Of a DNA stretch of 64,000 nucleotides, positions 37,270-49,849 are shown piece by piece. The first letter of the stretch is position 1, and the number at the start of each line of letters is the position of its first letter. A program made the translations under genes and the position numbers. Under the pieces are notes generated by a model. That model had not been told where the DNA came from. It worked only from the letters and a program-made list of their open reading frames with translations, and made no database searches. Source of the stretch: Octopus sinensis (lineage: Eukaryota); contig NC_043005.1 in NCBI RefSeq assembly GCF_006345805.1, positions 78,740,001-78,804,000 on the forward strand, read 5' to 3'.

Positions 37270-37888
37270 GAACGTGCAACATTGTCTTATTCGATAACTT
37301 ATGCTTTACTCGTTCGATCTGGGCCATAAACGCCGTGGGATGTAACGAAAAACATTTGTCGTGCGAAAGGTGAAGGTACAGTTGATCGTACAAGAAATTT
37401 TGCTCGGCTTGCAAGAAACTCGACGATGAGGTAACTTCAGGTAGGCATAAAACCGTGGACTTTGAGGCTGTGCTCCAAGCCATAAAGGTAAATCCGGCGA
37501 GTATCAAATGAACTCGGTGTCTCGCAACCTGGTGTAGTTCGTCATCTTCATGACCTCAGCAAAAGTTCTTCTGCATCAAGACAGCGACGACCTCTTACTG
37601 CTCGAACGACCCGGAATATACTCCAGGAACTTGGGAGAATCGAACCGATGCTACACGCAGCATGTAGTCAGGACCTAGCCAACTCGAATCATTACTTGTC
37701 CTGATCCATGACTCACTTTTTGCGCTCACGATGCTTCATCAACCGAAAAAAAAGTGGAAACTTCAGTGAAAGAGATTTCATTGCTACGAAGGACAAAAAC
37801 TGGTATCAGCGTAGGATCAAAGAACTGAGAACTGACAGAAAGGCGGCTTCAAGCAGTGCAACACAACGGTCTCTACTTTGAATGCTAG
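37270..37888 (+). mobile_element. Decayed mariner transposase lacking most of the central catalytic region
   Basis: LMLYSFDLGHK / TKNICRAKGEGTVDR / KKFCSACKKLDDEVTSGRHKTVDFEAVLQAIKVNPAS (HTH region) joined to LLHQD... and NWYQRRIKEL / RLQAVQHNGLYFEC*; several frameshifts. Confidence 0.85.
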
Positions 37889-37892
37889 GCTG

Positions 37893-38278
37893 CTTTTACT
37901 CTTTTACTCCTTTATTTGTTTCCGTCAATTGACTGTGGCCATGCTAGAGCACCGCCTTTAGTCGAACAAATCGACCCCAGGATTTATTCTTTGTAAGAAT
38001 AGTACTTATTCTATCGGACTCTTTTGCCGAACCGCTAAGTTACGGGGATGTAAAGTTACGGGGATGACAAGCACAGTTACACAAACATACGCACACACAC
38101 ACAGACAGACATATATATATATATACATATATATGACAGGCTTCTTTCAGTGTCTGTCTACCAAATCCTCTCACAAGGATTTGGTTGGCCCGAGGCAATA
38201 GTAAAAGATACTTGCCCAAGGTTCCAAGCAGTAGGACTGAACCCGGAACCATGTGGTTCGTAAGCAAGCTACTTACCT
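37893..38278 (-). mobile_element. SINE family A, full length
   Basis: gtggccatgctagagcaccgcc...aagcaagctacttacc. Confidence 0.92.
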
Positions 38279-38999
38279 ACTCTTTTGTTGTAACTTATCG
38301 AATAAAGCAAATAAATTACCAAAATATTGCAGAACATTTGACTCAACACATCAAATAACAATAAGTGTTTTATCTTCTTGGTTTAGTTTAACGATAGAAT
38401 GAATAGAACCGGAGCTCGTAGCTGCTCCTTTAGATATACGTAGTCGTGGTGGCGTTTACTGTACTGTATTCTGGTGTCATCTAATGTATTGTATATTTGT
38501 CCAATATACTGTACCATATAAAATTTCAAAGCAACAGGAAAGTGCTGAAGCATTTTGAACACTGCCGATGGGACCCGATTATAATTTTGACGAAAATTTT
38601 AAAAATCTGGATTCGACATACATTAAATTGGTGATGGTAGTACTAACGAAATTCAATCACTCATAAAATCTGATATCAATATATTTTGAATTAAACAATT
38701 CATCGATAATGGTCGGCTGGAAAATTAATATTGAAGACGAACATCTAAGTGAATAATGGATGCAACGTGATGCAATTATCATGGGAATTAAGTAATGTTT
38801 TTGTTCAATTTTCCTAGCATTATTATTCTGAAAATAATACAAAATAGAAAATGTTTCACTCGACCATATTGAAGTCATTGAAACCTGAATACAACAAATG
38901 AGTCATCGAAAGTGTGTTTGGTCAAAATGTACAATCCCAGATAGATACGTTAGTAAAACCATGTCCGATTTATCTATCACTTGATAATGTACCCGATAA

Positions 39000-39495
39000 A
39001 GAATATTGCTTTCAAATTTCGGGAGAGTGGGGACGAGTCGACTTTACCGGACCAAAGTGATCAACTGGTGGTTATTTTTTCGACACCCTAAAGACGGAAG
39101 GCAAAGTCAAATTCGGTGGAATTTGAACTCAGAACGTAAAGGCAGACGAAATGACCGGCTTGTTAACGATTCTGCCAGCTGGCTGCCTACAGTTGCAGTA
39201 ATATTGATTTCAAATGTGGGCTCAATGCTAATAATTTTGTGGGAAGAGGAGAGAGGGTAAGTCAATTACATGGACCCAGTATTCAACTGGTACTACTTTT
39301 CTAATTTTGACACAAGGCCAGCAATATAGGGAAGAGAATTAAGACGGTTACATGGAATCCTGTATTCAATAGGTGCTTATTTCATCGCTCCTGATACGAT
39401 GAAAGGTAAAGACGACCTCAGCGGAATTTGAACTCAGAACGTAAAGACAGCTAAGCATTTTTGTCGACATGCTAACGATTCTACCAGCTTGCCAT
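39000..39495 (-). mobile_element. Two diverged family B SINEs
   Basis: ggaatttgaactcagaacgtaaag at ~39120 and ~39423. Confidence 0.75.
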
Positions 39496-40129
39496 AAATG
39501 TGTCATTCGACCGGATTGAAATCATTCAAACTAGAATACAATAGATATACAAAATGTAACTTGCCGAAAGGGAGAATTCTTGATAGATACGATTGTAAAA
39601 TTATGTCTCGTGTATCTATCTTTTGTTTATGTACCTTTATACACCTGTTAAATAATATTATGAATGACCAAAATATATCTGGACATGTCATCGATTACGA
39701 CAATCTATTTTGGGAGAGGATTTAATTTGTCATTAATTTATTCTTGAAATTTCAGTTCTGTTGCATTGTAAACGCCACCAATTACTAACCTAGCGGTGGC
39801 AATGTTCTGTAAAATTTTCACCTTTCAAGGACAAGTTGAAACAATTATAATTCGAAAATGAACCCCAATTTAAGAGAAAAAATCTAAATTTAAATTATTT
39901 TGCAGTCATACGGCCATTTACACGTTTGACGTCATCAATTTTCCGTCTCGCTTCAAGTAATGAAGTAGAACGCTTTGTACAAATTTTCACTTAGGGAATT
40001 CAAGGAAGGACAATCAATTTTCTTTTTTATTTCAATTCTCATATCACAGTAGCGTTGGGTAGTAAAATCACCTCTAAAATATAACACAAACGGTAGCCAC
40101 AAACGGTGATGTCATTATTCTTAACGCCA

Positions 40130-40355
40130 TAAGGCAGCGAGCTGGCAGATTCGCTAGCGTACCAGGTAAAATGCTCAACAGCATTTCTTCTGGTTCTACG
40201 TTCTGAGTTCAATACCACCGAGGCTGACCCTGCCTTTATCTTTCATCCTTTTGGAATCGATAAAATAAGTAGAAGTTGAATAATGCGGCTGATATAATCG
40301 ACTTTTTTACCTCTTAAAACATTTCCGACCTTGTTTCAAAATGAGAAGGAAATAT
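40130..40355 (+). mobile_element. Diverged family B SINE
   Basis: aaggcagcgagctggcag...ctgagttcaat...ctttcatccttttggaatcgataaaataagt. Confidence 0.75.
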
Positions 40356-40446
40356 TGTTACCACCATACTAAGATCAAATGGAGGACAAAGAGAGAAACA
40401 GATGCACCACAATTTTGATTAATTGGACGAGAAGTTTTTGTTTGAG

Positions 40447-40506
40447 GTTACACACAAAAAAATTGCTTCTGTGACCCACTTGCGAGGAAACTTGGTCCAA
40501 TGGCAG
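40447..40506 (+). CDS. Possible 60 nt exon (phase 0-0)
   Basis: gtttttgtttgag acceptor, CAG|gtatgg donor, VTHKKIASVTHLRGNLVQWQ. Confidence 0.25.
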
Positions 40507-41579
40507 GTATGGTTTAAAGAGGCACAAGCCAATGGAAACCGCAGTAGAATCAGATTCGGTTAAAAGATATTCCGGTGCCGTTGTCGATCAGATCTCCCCA
40601 TTGAGAGAATTCGATGGCTGATTGTTACGTGATATTCATTCAACAACATTTCCTACGCGACTTGCTTTTCGGTGAGGCACAATCCTTTCTACAATTGCCA
40701 TAAACGGTCCCACAAAACTGCGTAGATTACCAGGTTGCAAAAAGTACCGATGGGATTCACTCTGTCATGAAATAAAAGACCAAGATATTCTGATTTTAAA
40801 TTCCAGGTGTTTTCCAGTTGTAAATGTTTGCTTCCATATTACATTGATTCCCTTTCAGTGTATTGAGTAGCATCTTAGGCAAGGTACTTCAACTACAGTC
40901 CCGGGCTGACTAAAACCTTCTGAGAGGATTTGGTAAACTGTAAATGCAAAAGGCCTGTCGCGTGTATAGATATTCATATACGAATATATATGTATATCTA
41001 TCTATCTATCTATATGCACACACATATATATACATACACACACTCACACAAACATATATATATATATACATATATATATGTATATAAGATATATTAACAT
41101 ATATAGATATACATATAAATATATATATATATCGATCTACATATATATATATATATATATTGATATATATATATATTTGTTGAAGGTTAATTACTGAACC
41201 CTCATTCATCGTCTTCGATGAGAGAATCCACCATATATAGATATATAGATACACACACACATATATATATGCGTATGCGTGTGTGTGTGTGAGCGTGTAC
41301 CCATGTGTCTCTATATTTATGTTGGTGTTTGTCCACCACCACGGCTTAACAACTGGTGAAGGTTTTTTATGTATCATTAACTTAGTGGTTTGGCAAAAGA
41401 TACCGATAGAATAAGTACCGGGCTTAGAAATATCGATCTGTTTAATTAAACCCTTCAAAACTGTGCCCCAGCCTGGCTGCATTATAATAACTAAAATCTG
41501 TGAAAGACAAAATATATGTAATAGCTAATAATTATATATAAATATTATACATAGCTTTTATTATTTTTATGTTGCTCTA

Positions 41580-41780
41580 AGGAGGTGAGCTAGCAGAGTG
41601 TTGAGCACGTCGGTCAAAGTGCTTGGCGTATTTCGTCTACAGCTACGTTCTGAGTTCTAATTCCGCAGGGGCGAAAGTTGCCTTTCATCCTTCGGGATCG
41701 ATAAATTAAGTACCATTAATGTAATCGTCTAGTCCCCTCACCCAATATTTCAGGCCTTGTGCCTTAGTAGAAAGGATTAT
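41580..41780 (+). mobile_element. Family B SINE ending in an (ATT/ATC)n tail
   Basis: aaggaggtgagctagcag...gttctgagttctaattcc...agaaaggattatcatcatc. Confidence 0.8.
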
Positions 41781-41820
41781 CATCATCATCATCATCATCA
41801 TCATCATTATCATCATTATT

Positions 41821-42365
41821 GAGTGAGAGAGCAGTGCATGACATCAAAGTGACACTGGGGTAAAATATACGAAGCCCAGTATACCCATCATGACTACCCG
41901 TCTAAGGGTACACCAGGCACATGCATCACAACCATATGTGCGTGATATGGTGATCTCATATGAAGATAAACAGCACATGACCTTGCAGGTGGGGCGCAGT
42001 TAGAATTTTCTTCTGCTCGAGTAACCCATCCCACTCAAAAGGTCCTTGAATAAGGGCTATTTAAGGATGTTAAATGAAACACCCATGTTTCCAGAGGTGA
42101 ATTATTTAAACCCCAAACAATCCCTCTCAACACATGGCTATGATGCTCCCTCACTACTTCTGCTCGTGATCAGAGATGCACACGTTGTCAGCCACTAAGG
42201 GACATGCTCAACTGGTTAAGTTCAAACAACTGACAAGCAAATCTGTGGTATTGAGCAGAATATTTGCTGTAGCCCATCTTTTATACCAAGACAAAACAAT
42301 GTACATGATAATACTTCCAATCAGTTAAGATCAGAAGCCATGAGAGCCACTGCCTGGTATTGCAT
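41821..42365 (-). mobile_element. Family E (TAA)n-embedded element (copy 2)
   Basis: Reverse complement of 5746-6300; ttatt-gagtgagagagc...ctggtattgca-(tta)n. Confidence 0.92.
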
Positions 42366-42382
42366 TATTATTATTATTATTA

Positions 42383-42444
<62 letters not shown>

Positions 42445-42454
42445 GTTATTAATA

Positions 42455-42632
42455 TGAGGCGGCGAGCTGGCAGAATCTTTACAACGCTGGGTAAAATGCT
42501 TTGCGACATTTCTTCTGTCTTTACGTCCTGAGTTCAAATTCCGCCGCGGCCGACTTTGCCTTTCATTCTTTCGGGGTCGACAAAAATAAGTACCCTCCGA
42601 AATTGCTTCCCTTGTGGCAAAATTTGAAACTA
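42455..42632 (+). mobile_element. Family B SINE ending in (ATT)n
   Basis: gaggcggcgagctggcag...gagttcaaattcc...aatttgaaactattattatt. Confidence 0.85.
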
Positions 42633-42643
42633 TTATTATTATT

Positions 42644-43181
42644 GAGTGTGAGAACTGTGCAAGCCATCAAAGGGAGACTGGAGTAAAATACACGAAGCCC
42701 AGTATATCCATCATGACTGCCCGTCTAGGTACACTAGACACATGCATCACAACTATATGTGCTCGAAACGGTGATCCCATATCAAGATAAACAGCGCATG
42801 ACCTCGCATGAGAGGCTTAGAATTTTCTTCAGGTCGATTAACCCATCCCGCTCAAAAGGTCCCTGAATAAGGGCTGTTTGAGAATTTTACCCCTCGGTTC
42901 CAAAAGCGTATTATCCAAACCTCAAAGAATTCCTCTCAGCACATGGATATGATGCACCCCCACTACATCTGCTCGTGATCAGTGATGCACATATTGTCAG
43001 CCACCAAGGGACATGCTCAACTGGTTAAGGTCAAACAACTGACAAGCAAATCTGTGGTATTGAGAAGCATATTTGCTGTAGCCCATCTTTTATACCAAGG
43101 CAAAACAATGTATATGATAACACTTCCGATCAGTTAAGATCAACATCCATGAAAGCCACTGCTTGGTGCTGCATCAGGGCA

Positions 43182-43182
<1 letters not shown>
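42644..43182 (-). mobile_element. Family E (TAA)n-embedded element (copy 3, more diverged)
   Basis: ttatt-gagtgtgagaac...gctgcatcagggcat-tttattatt. Confidence 0.9.
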
Positions 43183-43222
<40 letters not shown>

Positions 43223-43224
43223 CG

Positions 43225-43448
43225 CTAAGAAGGCGGCGAGCTGACAAATTCATCAGCACGCTAGACAAAGTGCTGAGTGGTATTTCGTCCGTTTTTGCGT
43301 TATGAGTTCAAATTCCACTGCACACATATTGCCTTTCATCCTTTCGAGGTCGATAAAATAAGTACCAGTTGAGTACTTGGCTTAATCTAATCAACTTAAC
43401 TCTCTACTTCAAAATTGCTGGCCGTGTGCCAAATGTGGAAACCATTAT
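43225..43448 (+). mobile_element. Family B SINE
   Basis: aaggcggcgagctgac...gagttcaaattcc...ggaaaccattatt. Confidence 0.8.
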
Positions 43449-43667
43449 TTCTATGATGGTCTAAAAAGACAGTATATCTATGACATTTCACCTATGTACA
43501 TGCACAGACCATTTAGAACTACATTAACCTTGGTGTTCCAACTTTTATTCAGCTGTTAGAATATAATTTGAGGGTGATATCACCCATGGCCTTCATGCAT
43601 TTTCCCGTGTGTTGGGTCCCTTCACATTAGAAAAAGTGGATAGATAGACATTTTATTTTTATTAGTC

Positions 43668-44275
43668 CGGGCGTGGCTGTGTAGTAAGAAGTTTAGTTTC
43701 CAGCCACATGGTTCTGGGTTCAGTCTCCCTGCGCTGCACCTTAGGCAAATGTCCTCTACTATTGCCTTGGGTCGACCAAAGTCTTGTGAATAGATTTTGT
43801 AGAAGGAAGCTGAAAGAAGCCCATCGTATAGATGTGTATATGTATATATTTGTGTACTTGTGTTTGTCCCCCCACCACAATATCGCTTGCCAACCAATGT
43901 TGGTGTGTTTACGTCCCTGTGACTTAGCGGTTCAGCAAGGAGACTGATAGAATAAGTACTAGGCTAAGTCAGCGAGCTGGTAGAAACGTTAGTACGCCGG
44001 GCGACATGATTAGCCGTATTTCGTCTGTCTTTACGTTCTAAGTTCAAGTTCCGCCGAGGTCAACTTTGCCTTTCATCCTTTCGGGGCCTATAAGTTAAGC
44101 ACCAGTTGCGTACTAGGGTCGATCTATTCAACTGGCCCTCACCTTCCCCAAAATTTCGGGCCTTGTGCCTAGAGTAGAAAAGAATAAGTATTAAGCTTAC
44201 AAAGAATAAGTCCTGAGGTTGATTTGTTCGACTAAAACCCCCTAATGGTCGTTATCAAATGACTGAATCAAATAA
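43668..44275 (+). mobile_element. SINE family A with a nested family B SINE (43966-44180, 17 bp TSD)
   Basis: TSD agaataagta[c/t]ta[g/a]gct at 43949-43965 and 44181-44197. Confidence 0.9.
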
Positions 44276-44344
44276 AAGAATATGATGTAATTTGAAATAG
44301 ACTTGGTTACTATTTCCAGCAGCACAAATGAACCCTTACAGGCT

Positions 44345-44575
44345 CTCTTAATGACTTACATTAAGTGGTTGTGGCTGCTGTTAAATTCTAAGTCAGCTCG
44401 ATCGAACCGACGTGCGATCTGACATGATATAACGTGCGCCAGCTCTAGCCATCTCATATATGTTTTCCTAATCTGAAAAGAACCCACGACCACTTTATCC
44501 AACGTTTCAAAATGGTCGAGTGCAAAGAGAGGGAGAAATATGGCGGTTGCTGTTACTACCAGGTCAAATGACCTG
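44345..44575 (-). mobile_element. SINE family C fragment
   Basis: Minus strand tcatttgacctggtagtaacagc...gatggctagagctgg...gatcgagctgacttagaatttaacagcagc; related fragments at 44305-44335, 22512-22530 and 2260-2420. Confidence 0.55.
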
Positions 44576-45056
44576 TTCGGAGCTCTCTCATTGGTCCATT
44601 TCATTTAATGCTTAACATAACGGTGTTTGTTTCTCTTTATAATACCACCAACAATAAGATAAGCTGCCAAATTATTTAACACCGAACAAATTGTTATTAT
44701 TACGTTTCTCATTTATTATATCTATTATATTGTATTATATCTTATTTTTTCTTAGGCACAATAAATTCTTCAGCTGGGGTCATAGATTGACCTTCTTTAT
44801 AGTTTAATGCCATAGTTTAATCCCTTATTTGTTTTGTTCCTTTGTTTCTTTTTCTATGGTGTTTATTATGTTTGTTTGTTACAATCCGTTGTTACTGCGG
44901 TTTTTATTTGTTTGCTTTTCTTGTTTTCATATTTATAAATTCCATTGTCGGGTAATTAATTTTATATTTCTTTCTGGAATTTCTTTCCTCGCATATTAGC
45001 ACTCATATACTCATATGTACGTATTTATATAAATATGAATATAAATATGAATATAA

Positions 45057-45089
<33 letters not shown>

Positions 45090-45178
45090 ATATATTTACA
45101 CATATATATACATATATGCATGTATATGTGTATATATGTGTCTATTTGTATGTATGTATGTATATATATATATAATAT

Positions 45179-45210
<32 letters not shown>

Positions 45211-45649
45211 ATATATATAATATATGTATGTATGTATGTATATATATATATATATATACATACATACGTACGATATACATGTATACGTAATTGCAACACA
45301 AGCATTGTCATACACATGCAAATACACGTATAAATTCTTACATATTAGTACTGATATATATGTATGCACATATATACACTAACTGACATACACGTATGCA
45401 TTTTTCATTTGTACTTACGTTACGTACATACGTTCTTAAGTATGCGTATATACACACACTTCATACACTCACAGTCCCAAGCACATATACATACATGTAC
45501 AGACATACATTTATATATACTTATGTATGCGTATGCATACGCTTCCATACATACGTATATATGTACGTAAAGACCGATGTATACATGCATACACACATAC
45601 ACACATACATACATACATACATACACACATACATACATACATACATACA

Positions 45650-45696
<47 letters not shown>

Positions 45697-45697
45697 C

Positions 45698-45730
<33 letters not shown>

Positions 45731-45753
45731 ATATATATATAATATATATATAT

Positions 45754-45788
<35 letters not shown>

Positions 45789-45822
45789 ATAAATATATAT
45801 ATAACTCGCGCAGAAGTAGCCA

Positions 45823-46385
45823 TAGGCACAGGAGTAGCTGTTTGGTAAGTAGCTTGCTTACTGACCCACATGGTTCTGGGTTCAGTCCCACTGCGTGGCA
45901 CTTTGGGCAAGTGTTTCCTACTACAACCTCGGGCCGCCCAAAGACTTGTGAGAGGGTTTGGTAGGAGGAATCTCAAAGAAGCCCATCGTATATATATATA
46001 TATATATATATATAAATTCAAATTATGATGAAAAGAAACAAACAAACGAAGTTTGCTTTAGAAGCGTTGAGATGTCTTAGAAAGTTAGAGAAGTGATTTT
46101 AAATTATCAAACGCAGAATAATGCTAATAATATAGCTTGAACAGGATAAACTACTCCTATTTTGCAGAAAAATGTGTTGGTAACCAGCTATGAGTCTCGT
46201 AGCTGGCTGCAAAATAGGGGTAGTTTTTTAATTGTTCAGGCTGTCACTGTAACATAAAGGTTCAGCAACAAATACCGATAGAATAAGTACTGGGCTTACA
46301 AAAGAATTACTCCTGGGTCGATTTATTGCACTAAAGGCGGTGCTCCAGCATGGCTACAGTCAAATGATTGAAACAACAGAATAAA
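45823..46385 (+). mobile_element. SINE family A, halves separated by ~260 bp
   Basis: Head at 45823-45990, tail at 46250-46385. Confidence 0.8.
46138..46238. mobile_element. ~100 bp MITE-like palindrome
   Basis: tgaacag..aaactactcctattttgcag ... ctgcaaaataggggtagttt..ttgttca, with internal hairpin ccagcta-tgagtctcg-tagctgg. Confidence 0.7.
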
Positions 46386-47022
46386 GGAATACATACATAT
46401 ATACATACATACATACATACCTATATAAATACACACACACACACACAAACACACACACATATATATATAAGCACATACATATATGCTCAGAAGCGTATAT
46501 GCCCATTTACATACATACTTATATACGTATATGTATGTACATATATTCACTTATGCATACATAAAATTTTGTTAACGTCTCAGATAGAAACTCATATATA
46601 TGTATGAAAGTATCCATGTAGATGAGCGAGCTCACGCGTGAACAGAGTGCAGCCATATACGAGGAACACATAGGCAGGTATCCATTTCCGCAGCCACACA
46701 TATCGCATGTGGACATGCACAGATAATCACGTACACATTCACCCAAGTAGACAAACATACGCATGCATATCTATCTGTCTGTCTATCAGCCAATCCCCCT
46801 GTATATTTCTTTCTCTTTCTCCCTATCTCTCTCTGTATCAATCTTTCTCTCTCTCTCTTTCTCTTCTCTCTCTCTCTCTCTCTAAGTATCTATCTATTTA
46901 GTTATCTATCTATCTATATATATATATAGATAGATATAAACATACGTATATATACATATATTAAATATATTTATATAAACATATATATATACATACATAT
47001 CAATATACACACATACACACAC

Positions 47023-47055
<33 letters not shown>

Positions 47056-47083
47056 GCATATATATATATATATAAATATATCA

Positions 47084-47132
<49 letters not shown>

Positions 47133-47160
47133 ATATATGTATTATTAAAAAGAAGCAAAA

Positions 47161-47219
47161 ATATGACAAAACTATTACTCAGTTTCACGTTCCCGTCCGT
47201 CGGACAGTTTTGCTCATAT
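47161..47219 (-). ncRNA. Type I hammerhead-like motif with U4C core, in a short repeat within (TA)n
   Basis: Minus strand atatga-g-caaaactgt CCGACGG acg-ggaa-cgt GAAAC tga GTA atagttttg-tcatat: stem I 9+6 bp, GNRA-capped stem II; position 9 is G rather than A. Confidence 0.65.
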
Positions 47220-47232
47220 ATACATATATGTA

Positions 47233-47280
<48 letters not shown>

Positions 47281-47291
47281 ATGTGTGTGTG

Positions 47292-47345
<54 letters not shown>

Positions 47346-47719
47346 ATATGTACTCCACGGTTCTTTTTCATTTTACTTTCTCCGACACTTCACTGTATTT
47401 TGATATCTGTTTCATTTCCTATCTCTCCTTCTCTCTCTCTCTTTCTCTTTCTCTTTCTCTTTCGCTCTTCTCTTTTGTTTAAATATTTCTTTGACTCTAT
47501 CTCCTACATTATCCCTTCTATCTTCTTCACTCACCCATCTAACTCTCTGTTGCGTACATTCTGTCTGTCTCCTTCTCTGTGTTTCTCTCTCTCTCTCTGT
47601 CTTTCTCTTCCCTCTCTTTTTTTTTTTGTTTTTCTCCAACACCCACCATTTTACTTAATTATTAACAATCATTTCTTAGATGTTGATTGGCGTGAATACC
47701 CGCCTAGATCATAAACGGC

Positions 47720-47741
47720 TTTTGTATTATTATTATTATTA

Positions 47742-47785
<44 letters not shown>

Positions 47786-47895
47786 TATTATTATTATCAT
47801 TATTATTATTATTATTATTATTATCATTATTATTATTATATTATTATTATTATTATTATTATTATATTATTATTATTATTATTATTATTATTTCT
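47720..47895 (+). repeat. (TTA)n microsatellite
   Basis: Direct reading. Confidence 0.97.
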
Positions 47896-48739
47896 TTTCA
47901 GCTTTAGTAAGCAGATCAATATAGCAAAACAAAAAAAAAAACAACACGAAAAAAGCAAAACAGAGAAAACGAAAAGAACGAACGGTTGAGAGAGCAACTG
48001 AGCGAGTGAGCTCTCTCTCGAGAGAGAGAAATAGAAAGCGAGATAGATACAGATATACACAGAATATATTATAAAAGGAGAGATAAAAAGAGAGAGAAAG
48101 TGGCTGAGAAGAGGCTGGATGAACAAATAATACAAAAGATTTCGTTGGTGATTGTAACTATAGAATAGCTTTAATGATATTAACACGTTGGTGTTAATAT
48201 CGTGTTTACATCAGATTGCTTTTGTTACTATGTGACAAATTTGATAATTTAGCTATTTAAGTTGAACAGCTCAGCTATTCAGGATGATTCATAGTTATCT
48301 ACCGACCACAACCCCATTCACCACCACCATGAACAATCATGAAGAATAAAATTAAAAACAAAATAAGAAAACACGAACAAAAATGAACAAAAAAAGCACG
48401 CAATGTATATATATATGTATTGATAAGTAAATATACAATAAAAGGGAGATTATTAGATAAGTAAATATATAAATAAAAGGGAGATAAATCAAATCATAAA
48501 AAAATATGATATGAGTATGTAACAAATAAAAAAAATAAATGAATAAATAAAAGAAAGTAATAATATTAATAAATATGAAAGATAAAGAATAGGACACGGT
48601 AAATAGATTAAGGAAGATAATTATATAATTAATACCCTAATAGAGAGCAAATTTTAGATTTCAACAATGAATATCTTTAAAGTTGTTAGTCTTTATTTCG
48701 CTTGAGTTGTTGCTGCCGGTGTTGTTGTTGTTAATTGAT

Positions 48740-48778
<39 letters not shown>

Positions 48779-48815
48779 GTTGTCGTCGTCGTCGTCATCG
48801 GTTCCACTTTTATCC

Positions 48816-48885
<70 letters not shown>

Positions 48886-49189
48886 CATTATTATCATTAT
48901 TATTTTAATCATTATTATCACTATTGCTATTATTAATGGATTGCAGAATGGGAACGTGTCTGGTAATATATCCTGCGGTATCTGACCTAGCTCCATCTCG
49001 TTGTCAGTTCGATACGGTCTTTCATTTTCGGTGGGTCGATGTCTATAGAATAAGTACTAGTCAAATACTCGGGTTATTTCATTCGACTACGTAACGTAGC
49101 TCGGGTTATCAATGGCCTGAGTCGGGTGGAGGACTGGGCAATGACAATTTTAGCGACCCTTCATCTACATCACACATTAATTAAGAAGC

Positions 49190-49330
49190 CAAATAAACTA
49201 GATGAAATTTTACGCCTCATGCGGCTTTTCCTTTCTGCTTCTTCGTACATCTCTAAATCGACTAAACTCTTTCTCACAATTTGTGTCCAGCTAAATCTTC
49301 TCTGTGGCATTTGCCTCTTGTTATAAGAAG
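49190..49330 (-). mobile_element. Possible decayed LINE (RTE-like) C-terminal fragment
   Basis: KRQMPQRRFSWTQIVRKSLVDLEMYEEAERKSRMRRKIS loosely resembles the RGRP..W...V..DL...E...R..WR..I tail of RTE/CR1-type RTs. Confidence 0.3.
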
Positions 49331-49849
49331 CTTGTTTCACAACCACATGCTTCCGGTTTTTGTCCCACAATAAAAATATAAAAAGTAATTGTCAGAGTTT
49401 GATCGGAACGTTAATGCGTCAAATAAAACATGTGAAACGAATTTTAATGGAGGGTTTCAGTTACGTGCAAAAGTTTCAGAAACCTATTCAAGCGGTTTCG
49501 ACTATATGAGAAGTATTGATAGGATTCATAGGATAAACTAGCGTGGAATTGAACAGATTGTACTAGAAAATGCTGACTCGTACGTTGTTGATATATTAGG
49601 TAGCGTGATGTGTCGGTTATTACTGCACGGTCTACGCTTGATCCAAGACAGCCGTTCGGTCAAATCGCGCTGACGTGCAGAAACACGTATCGGACGGATA
49701 ACGATCGAAAAATATTTACCGCCATTGCTGTCCAGGATCTTTACTGATGTACCAGCTTCAGCGCGTACGCGCACATCGTTTGTGGTACAGGAAGAAGTAG
49801 ACGAGGGTTTAAGTGAAACAGAAAATGTCTGTACTTAATCATGCCACTT

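Noticed and set aside
44356-44604. 82 aa ORF with good apparent acceptor and donor sites
   Set aside because: The sequence is a SINE family C fragment
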